Assembly (NCBI GenBank): GCA_040954595.2
Contig: CM082578.2
Span: 2,090,831 to 2,154,830, forward strand
Direction: 5' to 3'
Origin: Balanoglossus misakiensis
Taxonomy: Eukaryota > Animalia > Hemichordata
Length of the DNA: 64,000 nt
Below, one piece after another: positions 11,048-23,627 of this stretch (positions are counted from its first letter, which is position 1; each line of letters opens with the position of its first letter). Made by a program: the position numbers and the translations under genes. The notes below the pieces were generated by a model. It made no database searches, was not told the origin of the DNA, and worked only from the letters and a program-made list of their open reading frames with translations.

Positions 11048-13956
11048 GTAATGAAAATGGAGAAAGTATCCTATATTTTCTGTAAAATAGACATTTACTA
11101 TAATTGGCATGCCATCCTGCATCAATTATAAGTCTGTATATGCACTGAAGCACTCACAGGGTGCATTGCATGGTGTTCAACCATGTTAAAAATCAGAGTA
11201 CTTTCTTCAATTTTCAAGACAGATATATATATATATATATATATGATCTGTAGATGTTTGTATACAAATGCATTTAATTGTTTTGTATTGTTTCTCCATA
11301 GGACAATCATACCAATGTCTACAGTATGGATTTCGGATGTCTGTTTCAACAATTCGGAAAATAATCCCAGAAACATGTGAAGCAATCTTCGAGGCTCTTA
11401 AAGACAGCTATCTCAAGGTAACTATAAATTTTTTCCATGTTTATTTCATTTTTTAAGTCATTTGGACTTTAAAACAGAAAATCTTAGTATACATATCAAT
11501 AAAATATTACATAGAATGCTAACACACTCCAAATATGGAGACAACAACAACAATAAGTTGCATGTTACAATGGATGTGATTATTGAAATGTTTTTTTCTT
11601 AAAATCTAACTCTTACCTTCCTTGTTGTTTATGTATTCATTAATACTGATGATACTATGACTTCTAAATATTTGATCTGTGGAATAAAAATGGGGGGTCA
11701 ACAAGCTATAGCAACCAACAGTATTGTAAACACACGAAAATTTCAGTCCCAAATTTAATAAATATATCTTATGTACTAAAATATCCTCTCAGCATTACAC
11801 TACAACTTTGTTTAAAAAACACTGGAAATAAAATTTAACTTTTTACACTCTGGGCAGAAACCTGCGCAAACAACTAAAATATTGCTTAAAGAGAAAATCA
11901 TTATAGAATTCTTTAACATGTTTTTAAAAATTGCGTCAAGGACACGGTGGTCCCATTGAGGGATTATACAAGAAAAAGTCTACACCAGAGTACATGGCCA
12001 TATACAGACAGACAGACACACACACACACACACACACTTAGCGAGAGATCAATGGGCAAGCACTGACTGACCCATTAGCTGCCAATGGCATATGTACTGT
12101 ACATACACTAAATAGAACAAGCCAGTTATGTAATCTTTCAGGAATTTGTATATAATTCACTGCCTCAGGAGGGGGCTTCCTGCCTAATTAAAACAACTCA
12201 ATAAAATAAATACACACCAATTTGCAAAGCAATCTGACCAGTAATAATAATAATAATAATAATAGTAGTTCTTGAGGTACTGAGTTTTGACCAAATTCAC
12301 ATTTTTCATTTTGGCAATGACAACAAACTCCCATCTACAGTCAAGCCTGCATCTGCACACCAAATAACAAGGTGATACATACAGCGGTTTTCAAGTTTTT
12401 GATGTGGACGGACATACATACATACATACATACATACATACATACATACATACATACAGATGCAATCGATCCCATAAGGTCCCATGGTATATATGCCTAT
12501 ACCAATGGGACCTAAAAATCTACCAAAGGATGATGGGTGGGAGTGTATGAGCATTCAGGAGAATGGTGGGCTGGGGTGCTGGTGTATGGGGTTGGGCCAG
12601 AAGGGTATGTTTGTGTGGCAGGTGGTGTTTGATATATAAATGGTTCGAATCTTGGCAAATTAAATTCTCCCAAACACATTTTAGTAATTATTTCTGATAT
12701 CTTCAATTTTGCCACAGCTTTGGCTTTTACGTTTTCACAAGCTGCGAGCTCTCCAGCAACATAGTTGCCGAAAGCTTCATCCGAAGATGAAGAACGTGTT
12801 GTTTCGTTTTTGTTTGCTATTTTATTGCATGCCGCAGCCATGCTAGATAACATAAAGCTTGTTTCATCTTGTTTCCTTTTGCGAGATGGTCTAGGTTCAA
12901 CATGTTGAACAACTTCGTCATGGTCCTCTGAAATAGAATCCTCCGAATCTTGGGAACACTGAAAAAACAAAATACATTTGTAACATTTTCTGGTTCAGGG
13001 ACATTTTCATTCAAAATCAGCTAATTCAGTTAGTTTACCATCACTTTAAAAAATGTTATTTAAAAAACCAAGGAACTGAATATGCTGTCAGAGGACTGTA
13101 ATGTAACATGACTTTATTATGCATCCCATGTTTGTTTCAGACTCCAAGTACAACAGAAGATTGGGCCAAAATTGCAAAGGACTTTGAAGACAGATGGAAC
13201 TTTCCAAATTGCATTGGTGCCCTAGATGGCAAGCATGTTGTAATCAGAAAGCCAGCAAACAGTGGGAGTATTTACTACAACTACAAACATACTTTCAGTA
13301 TTGTGCTAATGGGCCTTGTTGATGCCAATTATAAATTTACATATGTAGATGTTGGATGTCAGGGTCGGATTAGTGATGGGGGTGTGTATAGAGCTTGTTC
13401 TTTGTCATCTGCTTTGGAAACAAATGCCCTAAAAGTACCAAAGCCCGCACCACTACCTGGTACAACTGAATGCTTGCCATACATGGTAGTGGCTGATGAT
13501 GCTTTTCCCATAAAAGAGTACCTCATGAAACCATACCCATACCGCCAACTTTCCTTGGAGAAGAGATTGTATAATTACAGACTCTCCAGGGCCAGAAGAG
13601 TTGTTGAGAATGCTTTTGGTATACTGGCCAGTCGTTTTAGAATATTTCAGACAGCAATCAATCTTCCCCCAGACACTGTACAAAGTGTTGTTTTAGCCTG
13701 CTGTGCTTTGCATAATTATCTGGTGTCCCATTCTACTGCAAACACAGTTTATACACCTCCAGGATCAACAGACATTGTTGACCCCGTGACACATGACATC
13801 CTTGATGGTGCTTGGAGACATGAAAACACTGGTATGGTTTGTCTAGAAAGACATCCACCCACAAGGGGAACAGAGGGAGCAAATAATGTAAGAAATAGAC
13901 TGTGTGATTATTTCAGCAATGAAGGGTCTGTTGATTGGCAACTTAGCAAAATTTAA
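10425..13956 (+). pseudogene. Harbinger (HARBI1-like) transposase; exons 10425-10516, 10683-10907, 11302-11417, 13141-13956; one frameshift near 10845
   Basis: GT-AG introns in compatible phases. Motifs W.RPW, ISPGERLAVTLRFLATG, GALDGKH, VADDAF and RARRVVENAFG are present and the DDE triad is intact. A small deletion between IEDRI and MRSSIS shifts the frame. Confidence 0.93.
10948..11045. repeat. (TG)n/(TA)n compound microsatellite in a transposase intron
   Basis: Directly visible. Confidence 0.95.
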
Positions 13957-14171
13957 ATTTAGAGATTTAAAACTAGAGATTTGCCTTTACAATACAACCC
14001 TTTTGTATGATCAACAGTGGTATTGTTGATAATTGAATTCAAGTCTGTATTTATTTGTGGTCATTGCATGATATTATTTATTCTGATGTATATGTATGTA
14101 TTTTATGGATATGCTGTATTATGCTTGCTGTGTTATGCAATAATAATAATAATAATAATTAAATAAAGAAT

Positions 14172-14209
<38 letters not shown>

Positions 14210-17200
14210 TAAATAAAGAATTATATAAAAATAATAATTTTAATAATAATAGGTCCGATTTCCACAAAAATTTCACCATAGGGGTATCTTGGCTCAATAA
14301 GAACAAAAATGATATCCGTTTAGTGATCACATGTTTCTATGGCAACCATTTTGGGGCTGAAATTATGCTTTTTGTGCTAAGAGAGGGTATCACAAGTCAA
14401 TTTACATAATAATTGGTTGGATTTGAACACAAAATCAAACTGGCAGTATTTTTGTTCACAAAGAAAACATTTGGGGTTTATTTTCCGAATGCACAATAAT
14501 AAGTTGGTGAAATTTGACTTTTCTTTCAAGACAGAGGAACTGCGCGTGTGCAGAAAAACTGGCAATGCTGCCTGCCGATTTCCACAGTGTAACTACAAAA
14601 AAATACAAGATACAATAGTATCGTTAAGGAATCCAATCAATCGATTGTTCATGCATTTCCAGACTGTCGACCAGTTTTAAAACATAAATTCATTGGTATT
14701 GCATAAACGTTTACCGTCTATTTGTTGTTGTATGACATGGGTTATTGAAGGAAGGCAGTTACATGACACACTCGTAGAAGTACACTGTTTGAGTATTGAC
14801 AGCGAGTCTGTGTTAAATTTGGCAGTTCAGCGTGACTTCAACACTAAATAGACAACTAGCAGAAAAGTCTGCAAACTTCTAAATTTCTGGAAATGTTTTA
14901 TTTGGTATGGTTATGAAATAATTTTCGTCTATGAAGAATCAAATCTCAGCGACGCACGATAGCTTCTGATGAATGCGAAGACCTGTCAGCTGACACGCAA
15001 ATATAGCCAAAACATAAAATTCAACATTGAAAACGGAACCGCCCGTGTGTCTTTCCTGTCACCTCGTCTGAGAAAACAATAAAATTCCCGAGAAATAATA
15101 ACACGAAATCCAAAGTATCGTGCTAACATTTCTTCATTTCTCCGATTCTATTTGGCTGCCGTGTAAACAAATTGCGTCCGTTTGACACCGACACAAACGT
15201 AGCATAACTCAGAGGTCAATACTTTGATTAAAAACAATAATTTTAACACTAACCTTCCTGTTCCACGATATCTGCGGTTTCTATGGCGCTCAAATCTCAT
15301 GATATGTGCAATTCTAAAGCCAACTGGGGTATTATTCCTGTCGTTTTAGCCACGAAAACTGGGCAGACGACACGACGCGAAACAGCTCGTTCACACTCAG
15401 TTGACAACGCGTGATTCCAGAGCGCGCGCAAACATACGAAAAATTGCTACAATGTTGTACGTAAATAAACTCGGTCTCCAACTCGTGTTGGGTTTCGAGC
15501 GAAGTTTTGTACCTCAGATCTGTCGTACACACGCCACCAGACTCACCGGGTAACAAGGTTTTAAATAGTGTTTAACAATACCCGAGGTCTTTTTGTGAAT
15601 ATTAGGTAGAAAATCTCCAACCGAAAGCGTTGAAACGTCGTCTGCAATTTTAGATACATAAGCCACTTTGAAAAATGTTGTCTTTATGAATCTGAAGTAT
15701 CACGAATGATTGTACAGGAAATCCACCCGTGCTTATTAAATTGATAGATTGTTTATATAATTCTTTAAACCCCTTAACTGGTAATAATAATTAAATAAAG
15801 AATTATATAAAAATAATAATTTTAATAATAATAGGTCCGATTTCCACAAAAAATTCACCATAGGGGTATCTTGGCTCGAAAAGAACAAAAATGATATCCG
15901 TTTAGTGATCCCATGTTTCTATGGCAACCATTTTTGGGCTGAAATTGTGCTTTTTGTGCTAAGAGAGGGTATCACAAGTCACTTTAAATAATAATAGGTT
16001 GGATTTGAACACAAAATCGCACTGGCAGTATTTTTGGTCACAAAGGAAACATTTGTGGTTTATTTTCCGAATGCACATTTATAAGTTGGTGAAATTTGAC
16101 TTTTCTTTCAAGACAGAGGAACTGCACATGTGCAGAACAACTGGCAATGCAGCCTGCCGATTTCCACAGTTTCACTACAAAAAATCACAAGATACAATAG
16201 TATCGCTGGGGAATCCAATCAATCGATTGTTCACGCATATTTCCTGACTGTCGACCAGTTTTAAAACATAAATCCATTGGTATTGCATAAACGTTTACCG
16301 TCTATCTGTTGTTGTATGGTTATCGAAGGAAGGCAGTTACAGGACACACTCGTAGAAGTACACACTTTTTGAGTGTTGACGGCGAGTCTGTTAAATTTGG
16401 CAGTTCAGCGTGACTTCAACACTAAATAGACAACTAGCAGAAAACTCTGCAAACTTCTAAATTTCTGGAAATGTTTTATTTGGTATGGTTATGAAATAAT
16501 TTTCGTTTAGGAAGAATCAAATCTCAGTGACGCACGATACCTTCTGATGAATGCGAAGACCTGTCAGCTGACACGCAAATGCAGTCAAAACATAAAATTG
16601 AAAACGAAACCGCGAGATGCCTCGTGTGTCTGTCCTGTCACCTCGTCTGAGAAAACAATAAAATTCCCGAGAAATAATAACACGAAATCCAAAGTATCGT
16701 GATAACATTTCTTCATTTCTCCGATTTTATTTTGCTGCCGTGTAAACATTGCGTCCGTTTGACACCGACACAAACATAGCATAACTCAGAGGTCAATTCT
16801 TCGATTAAAATCAATGATTTAAACACTAACCTTCCTGTTCCACGATATCTGCAGTTTCTATGGCGCTCAAATCTCACGATATGTGCAATTCTTAAGCCAA
16901 CTGGGGTATTATTCCTGTCGTTTTAGCCACGAAAACTGGGCAGACGACACAACGCGAAACAGCTCGTTCACACTCAGTTGACATCGCGTGATTTCAGAGC
17001 GCGCGCAAACATACGAAAAATTGCTACAATGTTGTACGTAAATAAACTCGGTTCCAACTCGCGTTGGGTTTCGAGCGAAGTTTTGTACCTCAGATCTGTC
17101 GTACACACGCTACTCGACTCACCGGGTAACAAGGTTTTAAATAGTGTTTAACAATACCCGAGGTCTTTTTGTGAATATTAGGTAGAAAATCTCCAACCGA

Positions 17201-17354
17201 AAGCGTTGAAACGTCGTCTGCAATTTTAGATACATAGGCCACTTTGAAAAATGTTGTCTTTATGAATCTGAAGTATCACGAATGATTGTACAGGAAATCC
17301 ACCCGTGCTTATTAAATTGATAGATTGTTTATATAATTCTTTAAACCCCTTAAC

Positions 17355-17404
<50 letters not shown>

Positions 17405-18481
17405 CAATTAAATAAAGAATTATATAAAAATAAAAATTTTAATATCAATAGGTACGATTTCCACAAAAATTTCACCATATGGTATTGTGGCTAAAAAAGA
17501 ACAAAAATACACTGTAATGCATAACAAATGGGTTGATACCCGCAACAATAAGAGAATTCTTTCTTTTCCACAACCTAAGATAAAATTTAGAGCCACGTAA
17601 AGTACGCTGCTTACAATCAAATGTTAAAATATTGTTATGTGAAGGTGTTAGAAATACTAATCCTTCTATCAATACCTAACAATATCCTAAAACATATGCT
17701 ATGCTATGTTTCTATTCTGTCACAATCAACATTACCTGAGGTGCGTCAAAGGTAGACCTTGTACTTTTAGGGATTATGTACTCATCACAAAAGCTCAGCT
17801 TATTTAATATCCACTGGCGTTTCTCTAATTGGCCTGCACTACTTCCGCTTTTTGGGCCACGGCGATGCCTGGCGTACATTGTACGCAAATTCTTTATTTT
17901 CTTGTACACACTTGGTACTTAAATGAGAAACATTGTACAAATATATAAGTGTTACAACACAAGTTTGGATAAATTTGTTTAAATTAGCCATCAAGTCATT
18001 GGCCATAGTAGCAGTAGTTTAACTATGACACAATTCCTTTCCAAATTTTACCAGAAGAAAACTGATACAATAATTTTATTAAATGAATCATCTTTGATGA
18101 ACTGTGGCTGATTTTTACTTTTCAAATGGGATGTAAACCTGTCAAGGTATAAGAAACTTAAATAATATTAATGAAATAAGCTGATGATTTGAATTATTTG
18201 TACATTAAGATATACTGGAAATATTAGATACAGCCACTATGATTATATAATATTTATTCATTGTTACCTACTATAATTATACTATTTGTTCATTGTTATC
18301 TCTAGGAAATAAACCTTTAAACTTATTCACCTGACTTGTCAAGACTGACAGATATCTCTGTTATTAGTTTTTCCCTAATAACTCTGTCCTTATAGTCTGC
18401 ATGAGACACATCCCATAAGGGCCGACATTCCCTATACTTCTCGATAAGCTGATCAACCTGATCATCTGACCAAGTATCCAT
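12512..18481 (-). CDS. Harbinger accessory MADF (Myb/SANT-like) DNA-binding protein with a BESS-like C-terminal motif; exons 18481-18331, 17917-17736, 12958-12512 (259 aa)
   Basis: WSDDQVDQLIEKYRECRPLWD...YKKIKNLRTMY is a MADF motif, and DEAFGNYVAGEL..KAVAKLKISEII resembles BESS. Canonical splice sites with matching phases (1, 0) give an uninterrupted frame. Confidence 0.85.
14200..17490. repeat. Head-to-tail tandem of a non-coding unit of about 1.58 kb (2 full copies plus the start of a third)
   Basis: GGT(C/A)CGATTTCCACAAAAA recurs at about 14252, 15834 and 17452. Units are separated by (AAT)n and bounded by the inverted motif TAAAGAATTATATAAA / TTTATATAATTCTTTA. Confidence 0.92.
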
Positions 18482-19046
18482 CTTGTAAAAAGCTATTAAA
18501 CAAAAAACAACACGCTTAAAATGAAATTCAACTACATAACTACCACTATCAGCTTTCAAACTGCTATATATTATTGCATTATATCTATGGATTCGACATC
18601 ATGGCACAGAACTAGTAATTTTCTGAAAACCTGTCATTTATAGTTGTGGAAAGAACATAACAATTGCCCTACTGGCTACGGGAAACAGTCCGTTGTAATA
18701 TGTGAGCAAAACTATGGAGACAATTACCACCACCATCACTGTTTACGGTACATAGACTAGCCCACTAGACACTTGACCTGCACAGACTGCAGACCCAAAC
18801 TGACAATGTTCATTCCAGTCATGCACTATACTACTATAATTTCTAGCGAAGAACACATTTCTAGCTTGCGTTATCCAGAAATAATAAGCTTCCACAAAAA
18901 AAAATCTTCCTACTCACAGCTGGCTGGCCAGGTCAAGAGATCAGCCAACTTGTCAATCCTCGTAACCATTTTGCGGAACTTGTATATTTTTGTCATAACA
19001 ACACTGAAAAGACCACTCATTTTAGTTTTATTTGATCAAACTTGAG

Positions 19047-19824
19047 TAAGTATTTATTGCATTACAAGGCCTCCGGCCCATATACAGTATAGTTCTCAGC
19101 ATAAAAATTGGTGAGGTCATACATGTAGCTCTTAAAGATGCTATTTTACAGAGAATGATTTCTTTTGATAAATGCATAATGGACGTATTTACATAAATTG
19201 ATTAATAAATGAGGTTGAGTAGATTGCAAAAGTCTATGAAATTTAACATGGTTGGTATCGTTATAGAAATAAAGGGGAATGTATTTTTGTCTTAGCTCTT
19301 TGTAAAATGGACAAACCAGCAGAAAATGAAATTCGTCTTCCAGAAGTCTGAGGTTACATAATAGGCAAAGTCTATCTGTTAAATCAATGTTGTGGTGTCT
19401 CCCTATTTCAATACCCAGTTGCATCACGGAGCATCGAAAACGGGCAAAAGCTCTTATGTACTTGGTGTTACAATTTAATGAAAGGTATTTCTCAGGTTCT
19501 AATAAACTCTTGAAACAAGCATAAGTGCGTAGTTTGGGTTTTTGGGTGATACCGTATTTCCACTGTTGTTTACAGATATCCGAAACTCGGGCAGTAAATT
19601 CAGAAATAAATAAATGTCTGTCGCCTACTTCCTGGAACAGCCAGGCATATCCAAAACCATAGGAAAATAAAATGTTTTTCAAAGACGTTGCCCAAGTCTG
19701 TCTGCCCATCTCATCCAGCCTAGTCAACATAAGATAAGCTTGTTTCGGCAGACGATCTCTACTCATTTCTAAAAGCTTTAACCAGTAGTTTACACACCGT
19801 TTCATTGTTGTTACAAAAATGGGC
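19047..19824 (-). mobile_element. 5'-truncated non-LTR retrotransposon (3' end of ORF2 with C-terminal zinc-binding motif)
   Basis: ORF 19146-19805 contains ARFRC..LGIEIGRH..RLCLLC..EDEFHFLLVCPFY. A 13-bp TSD GATCAAACTTGAG lies at 19034-19046 and 19825-19837, and AATAAA is at the 3' end. Confidence 0.9.
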
Positions 19825-19879
19825 GATCAAACTTGAGCTCATAATAAAATACTCAAAAAATAGTAGATAATATATGCGA

Positions 19880-19916
<37 letters not shown>

Positions 19917-21434
19917 TTACCAATATTCGCGACTATTTCTCTGGACGACAATTTGTTTCCTGGTTCAGAAAATGCCTCTGCGCATGTGCAGATGTCAAAG
20001 GTTATTGGGGAAAACTGGTAACGCGGGGCAACCGCTTGCGCGTCAGGCAACTCGTCGCCCGAAAATCCGACATGACGGATTTCGAGGCGACGTCGCCAGA
20101 CGCGTTCCATTGAGGCGACTACATCATACACACGAGGCAACTCACCGAGCAACTCGGGTTGCGCGTCGAGTTGCCTACCGAGTTGCCTGCCGAGTTGCCT
20201 CGTGTAACTCGGCCTTAATATAACTACATTGATACACCCAGGGGAACCCCGGTAAAATGACTGGGGAACTCTGGTAGACTGCCTGACCACTGTGACATTG
20301 GCCTTGTTCTGTTGTTTTAATTCGGAGTGACTGGGGTACTCCGGTAGATTTTACCTAGGTACCGCCCTTAACAAAAACACTACAACAGAATCACAATTTG
20401 GAAAGCATGAGAGGCAAATACCATTTAAGGATGTACACGCACAACATAAACTGATAAACAGTGCATGTGTGTCTGTTCCTGAAAGGATTACATCGATAAT
20501 TGCCAGAAAACAAACTTCTACTATTGTCTTTTTCACGAAATATTACACATAGCTCAGACAAGTAAACGTAAATTCATTGGTCAAAAAAAATTATGTGGTC
20601 ACCATGCTCTATTATGAGATAAATTGCGTTAAAATCTTCGCCCATAGACAAACCATTGGTGAAAAATGCTGAGACAGCAAATTTCTTCTATTATCAACTA
20701 AATTCATGGCTCTGTATTTTTTTTAAAAGGGCAATGACCCCTACAATTTTTAACGGATTCTCATTATACATACACAGGATAATCCAAAATTCCACAATTA
20801 AAAGAATGACAATACTTTCAACGCGTATAATACCAGCATACACCTGTTTCAAGTCCAGTGTCCTAATACACCATCATCATGAATTGGAACTCAAAGCAAG
20901 GCCAACGGGCAAACCCAGATTGACAACTCAATACACCAGCACAGTGGTTTCTTTATGGAAGTGGTGGTACCAATAAATACTTTATTCAAGGTAAGAATTT
21001 CTTATTGTAGCAGTATTTTCATTTCCATTCATGTTTTAAAGGCCTTTTTTGTAGATTCTGAGTTTCTATGCCAGACAAAGTATGATTATTTTTCCACTAA
21101 TGCAGCCTGAATTAAAGTCAACATTTTTCACCATAGGTCTTTCTATGTTATTTTTCTATAGGCATGGACACATTTAAGTTTATCTCAAAACTGAGCACAG
21201 TGGTGAGCCTACAACTTATATCAATCACTAAATTTAATTTAATTTGGATGAGTTATGAGTGAAACTTCATAAAAATGACAATAGTAGAAAAGGGTTTTCT
21301 ATCAATTCTTAATGTCATCCTATGGGAAGAAACACATTCCATGAGCTCATACATGTAGTGTATGCCATTCTTGACCCTTTCAGTATTATATGAATCAGAT
21401 ATAGAAGCTTGTTCAACGTCCCGTTGCGGCCAGG

Positions 21435-21510
21435 CCAATCAGATTGCACTTTATGTCAATCAAAACTGAAGGATACCTAAAGTTCTATATAAGGCACCGT
21501 CTGATTGGTT
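21435..21510 (+). promoter_or_regulatory. Candidate core promoter (CCAAT - TATA - inverted CCAAT)
   Basis: CCAATCAG near 21435, CTATATAAGG near 21485 and CTGATTGG near 21501, upstream of a signal-peptide-like reading frame near 21706. Motif evidence only. Confidence 0.25.
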
Positions 21511-22294
21511 TACTAGAGTTTTCAACGGGAGCTTTTATGGGAGTTGGTCAGATGTAGTGTGAGGCGACAGTATAAGAATACCGTACTGCGAAGTAAAAGA
21601 CGTCGCCGTACCCTACATCTGATTTTAATCAGATTGTATGCACACATACGCTGGTTTAGAATACTGATAAACCCTGATGAAACAATCTCAGTAAAATATA
21701 TACAGATGAGAATGAGAATGCAGTTAAAGTTAAATATACATTCGTTGTATCTTTTGGCTTTATTTCCAGTATTTTTGTTCTATGTAGCAAATGCGATTTC
21801 ATGTTCTACTCCATACAGATTGTTACTTGTCAGCACAGAATGTATGTGTATAATGGCCATTGTCATTGTTGACAATAATTCATAGATTCTAGTCTGGACT
21901 TAAATTCCAATTTGGCACAATAACAATGCTGACCATACACATATATGTTTCATCATGTTTCGGGAATTTGCACAAGAAACTGCTAAACAAAGATACTGAA
22001 AACACAGGAAAAAGTTAAAGGTAATGGAGCTTTAATTACAATTCACACTGTATACAAAATCCATGTAAATAATCCAAATACTGGATTTGTCAGCTTCAAC
22101 TGATATGGGGGTCACACAAGGACCGTTAAGAAATTGCTAAAACGTCTCAGATCAAATACTGGCATAAATTATTATTGGTGAATGGTTTAAGTGGTCCTGA
22201 ATCTTCTCAGATTTGAGACACGTCTCTTACCAGGTTCACACAGAGTAAAATTTGAGACACTATTAGTCTATGGTAAACACAGAGCGTTAATACT

Positions 22295-23539
22295 TGGGGG
22301 GGGGGGGGGGGTTTAGCTGGGCAGACCCGCCCTCCTTTATTTTTTGCCACCCTGCTATCTTACGCGCGCCCTGCTTTCTTTTCATTCCCGCCCGGGTAAA
22401 TATTTATTGTTTCTGGTGCACGCTCCCGCATGCGGCTGACGTTTGAGAGAATGATATTTATTCAGTTTAGGGATGTTTTGTCGCCTTTGTACAGAACACA
22501 AGCAGAAGGCCAAGTGCGGAGGGACTTGGGTTACAACATCTCCATGTACATGTACCACCCTTCTCGAAGACAAACACAAGCAGCATGAAGATACGATGAT
22601 CCACTGGACGGCAATGCAGCTTGACGCCGAGGCAACAATTACCGAGAACAGCAGCGGTCTTGTGGCTGCATTTGAAAAGGTCATCACCGTTGAGACGCAA
22701 GCCTTTATGCATCGGCGTCCTACGATGCATGTATTTTCTCATGCACAGAGAATTGCCGCACACCACCAACTTCATCCATGTTTTGGAATTGGCAAAGTCC
22801 CTCGGGTGTTCATTCCTTGGTACTCTCAGCAGTGATGACCACAACTATAATGGTTTATTGCATTGGTAAGTAGGTCTACTGATTTTTGTGCAGATCTAAA
22901 TTGTAGGCAATGCAATGTAGTAACATTTATTTAAACCTGGTTGTTTTCAAGAAAGGATCACTGTTTAAGCAATAGTGTTACACTCAATAAATAATAATTA
23001 CTGTACAAATTACTGTGAATTTTCATTTATTTCATTTTTCAGGCAAAGTCATCCGTGATGAGATTTTAGAGAAGATGAAGGGAAGTAACTTCTATTCACT
23101 GTTAATAGATGAAACAACTGATGTGGCTGTATTGAAGCAAATAATCATCTATTCCAAGTACATCTTGAAGTCTGGGAAGTCATTTGTGTCTTTCCTTGGA
23201 GTTAAAGAAGTAAGTGGAAAGTTTTTCAATTTTTAAGTCTACACTGAATTAAAAACATACGATTAAACATGTTTTTGAGTGACCTCATTTAATTGATTTT
23301 GCTGACTAGTTATTTCAGGTGAGACAAACATTGAGTTGTACATTGCATGTGTTAACATCAAGGTTTTATTTTCACTTTTTCAGGTTGGTGATGGCAGAGC
23401 AGACACCATTGCACAGTCAGTGAAAGAGTTTTCTTCAGAGAATGGTATTGTCTTAAGAGATCGTCTGTCTGCTTTGGGCAGTGATGGTGCTCCTGTTATG
23501 CTAGGACAGAAAGGAGGAGTGGCTACCAAACTAAAAGAA
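22295..23539 (+). pseudogene. hAT transposase relic (ZNF862-like), intron-containing, 3'-truncated
   Basis: MFCRLC..H zinc-finger-like start, FYSLLIDETTDV (first catalytic D) and LGSDGAPVMLGQKGGVATKLK (second D). A frameshift occurs near 22705 and the sequence is cut off by the next element. Confidence 0.85.
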
Positions 23540-23627
23540 GTGAGTGAAATTTTGAGTTGTGAAGACATTGTGATTTTGTAAGTTTTTAGTTGGTGTCTTT
23601 ATATCGTGACAATAATAATAGTAATAA

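Larger units (their letters stand above)
9739..20215. mobile_element. PIF/Harbinger DNA transposon (about 10.5 kb including nested insertions)
   Basis: 58-bp TIRs AGGCCGAGTTACACGAGGCAACTCGGCAGGCAACTCGGT.. with 1 mismatch, TAA TSD (9736-9738, 20216-20218), encoding a transposase and a MADF protein. Confidence 0.95.

Noticed and set aside
10800-11153. YIYIYI ORFs
   Set aside because: These are translations of the (TA)n microsatellite.
12640-12660. GGTTCGAATC tRNA/SINE B-box-like motif
   Set aside because: It falls within a coding exon, with no A-box or cloverleaf around it.
13108-13956. Domesticated HARBI1/ALP1-like host gene
   Set aside because: It lies between near-perfect TIRs with a TSD and has an upstream frameshift, so it is a transposon copy.
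14417-17106. Paired ORFs (14417/15999, 15332/16909) in the tandem units
   Set aside because: They are short, start mostly at non-ATG codons, differ by indels between copies and have no recognisable domain.
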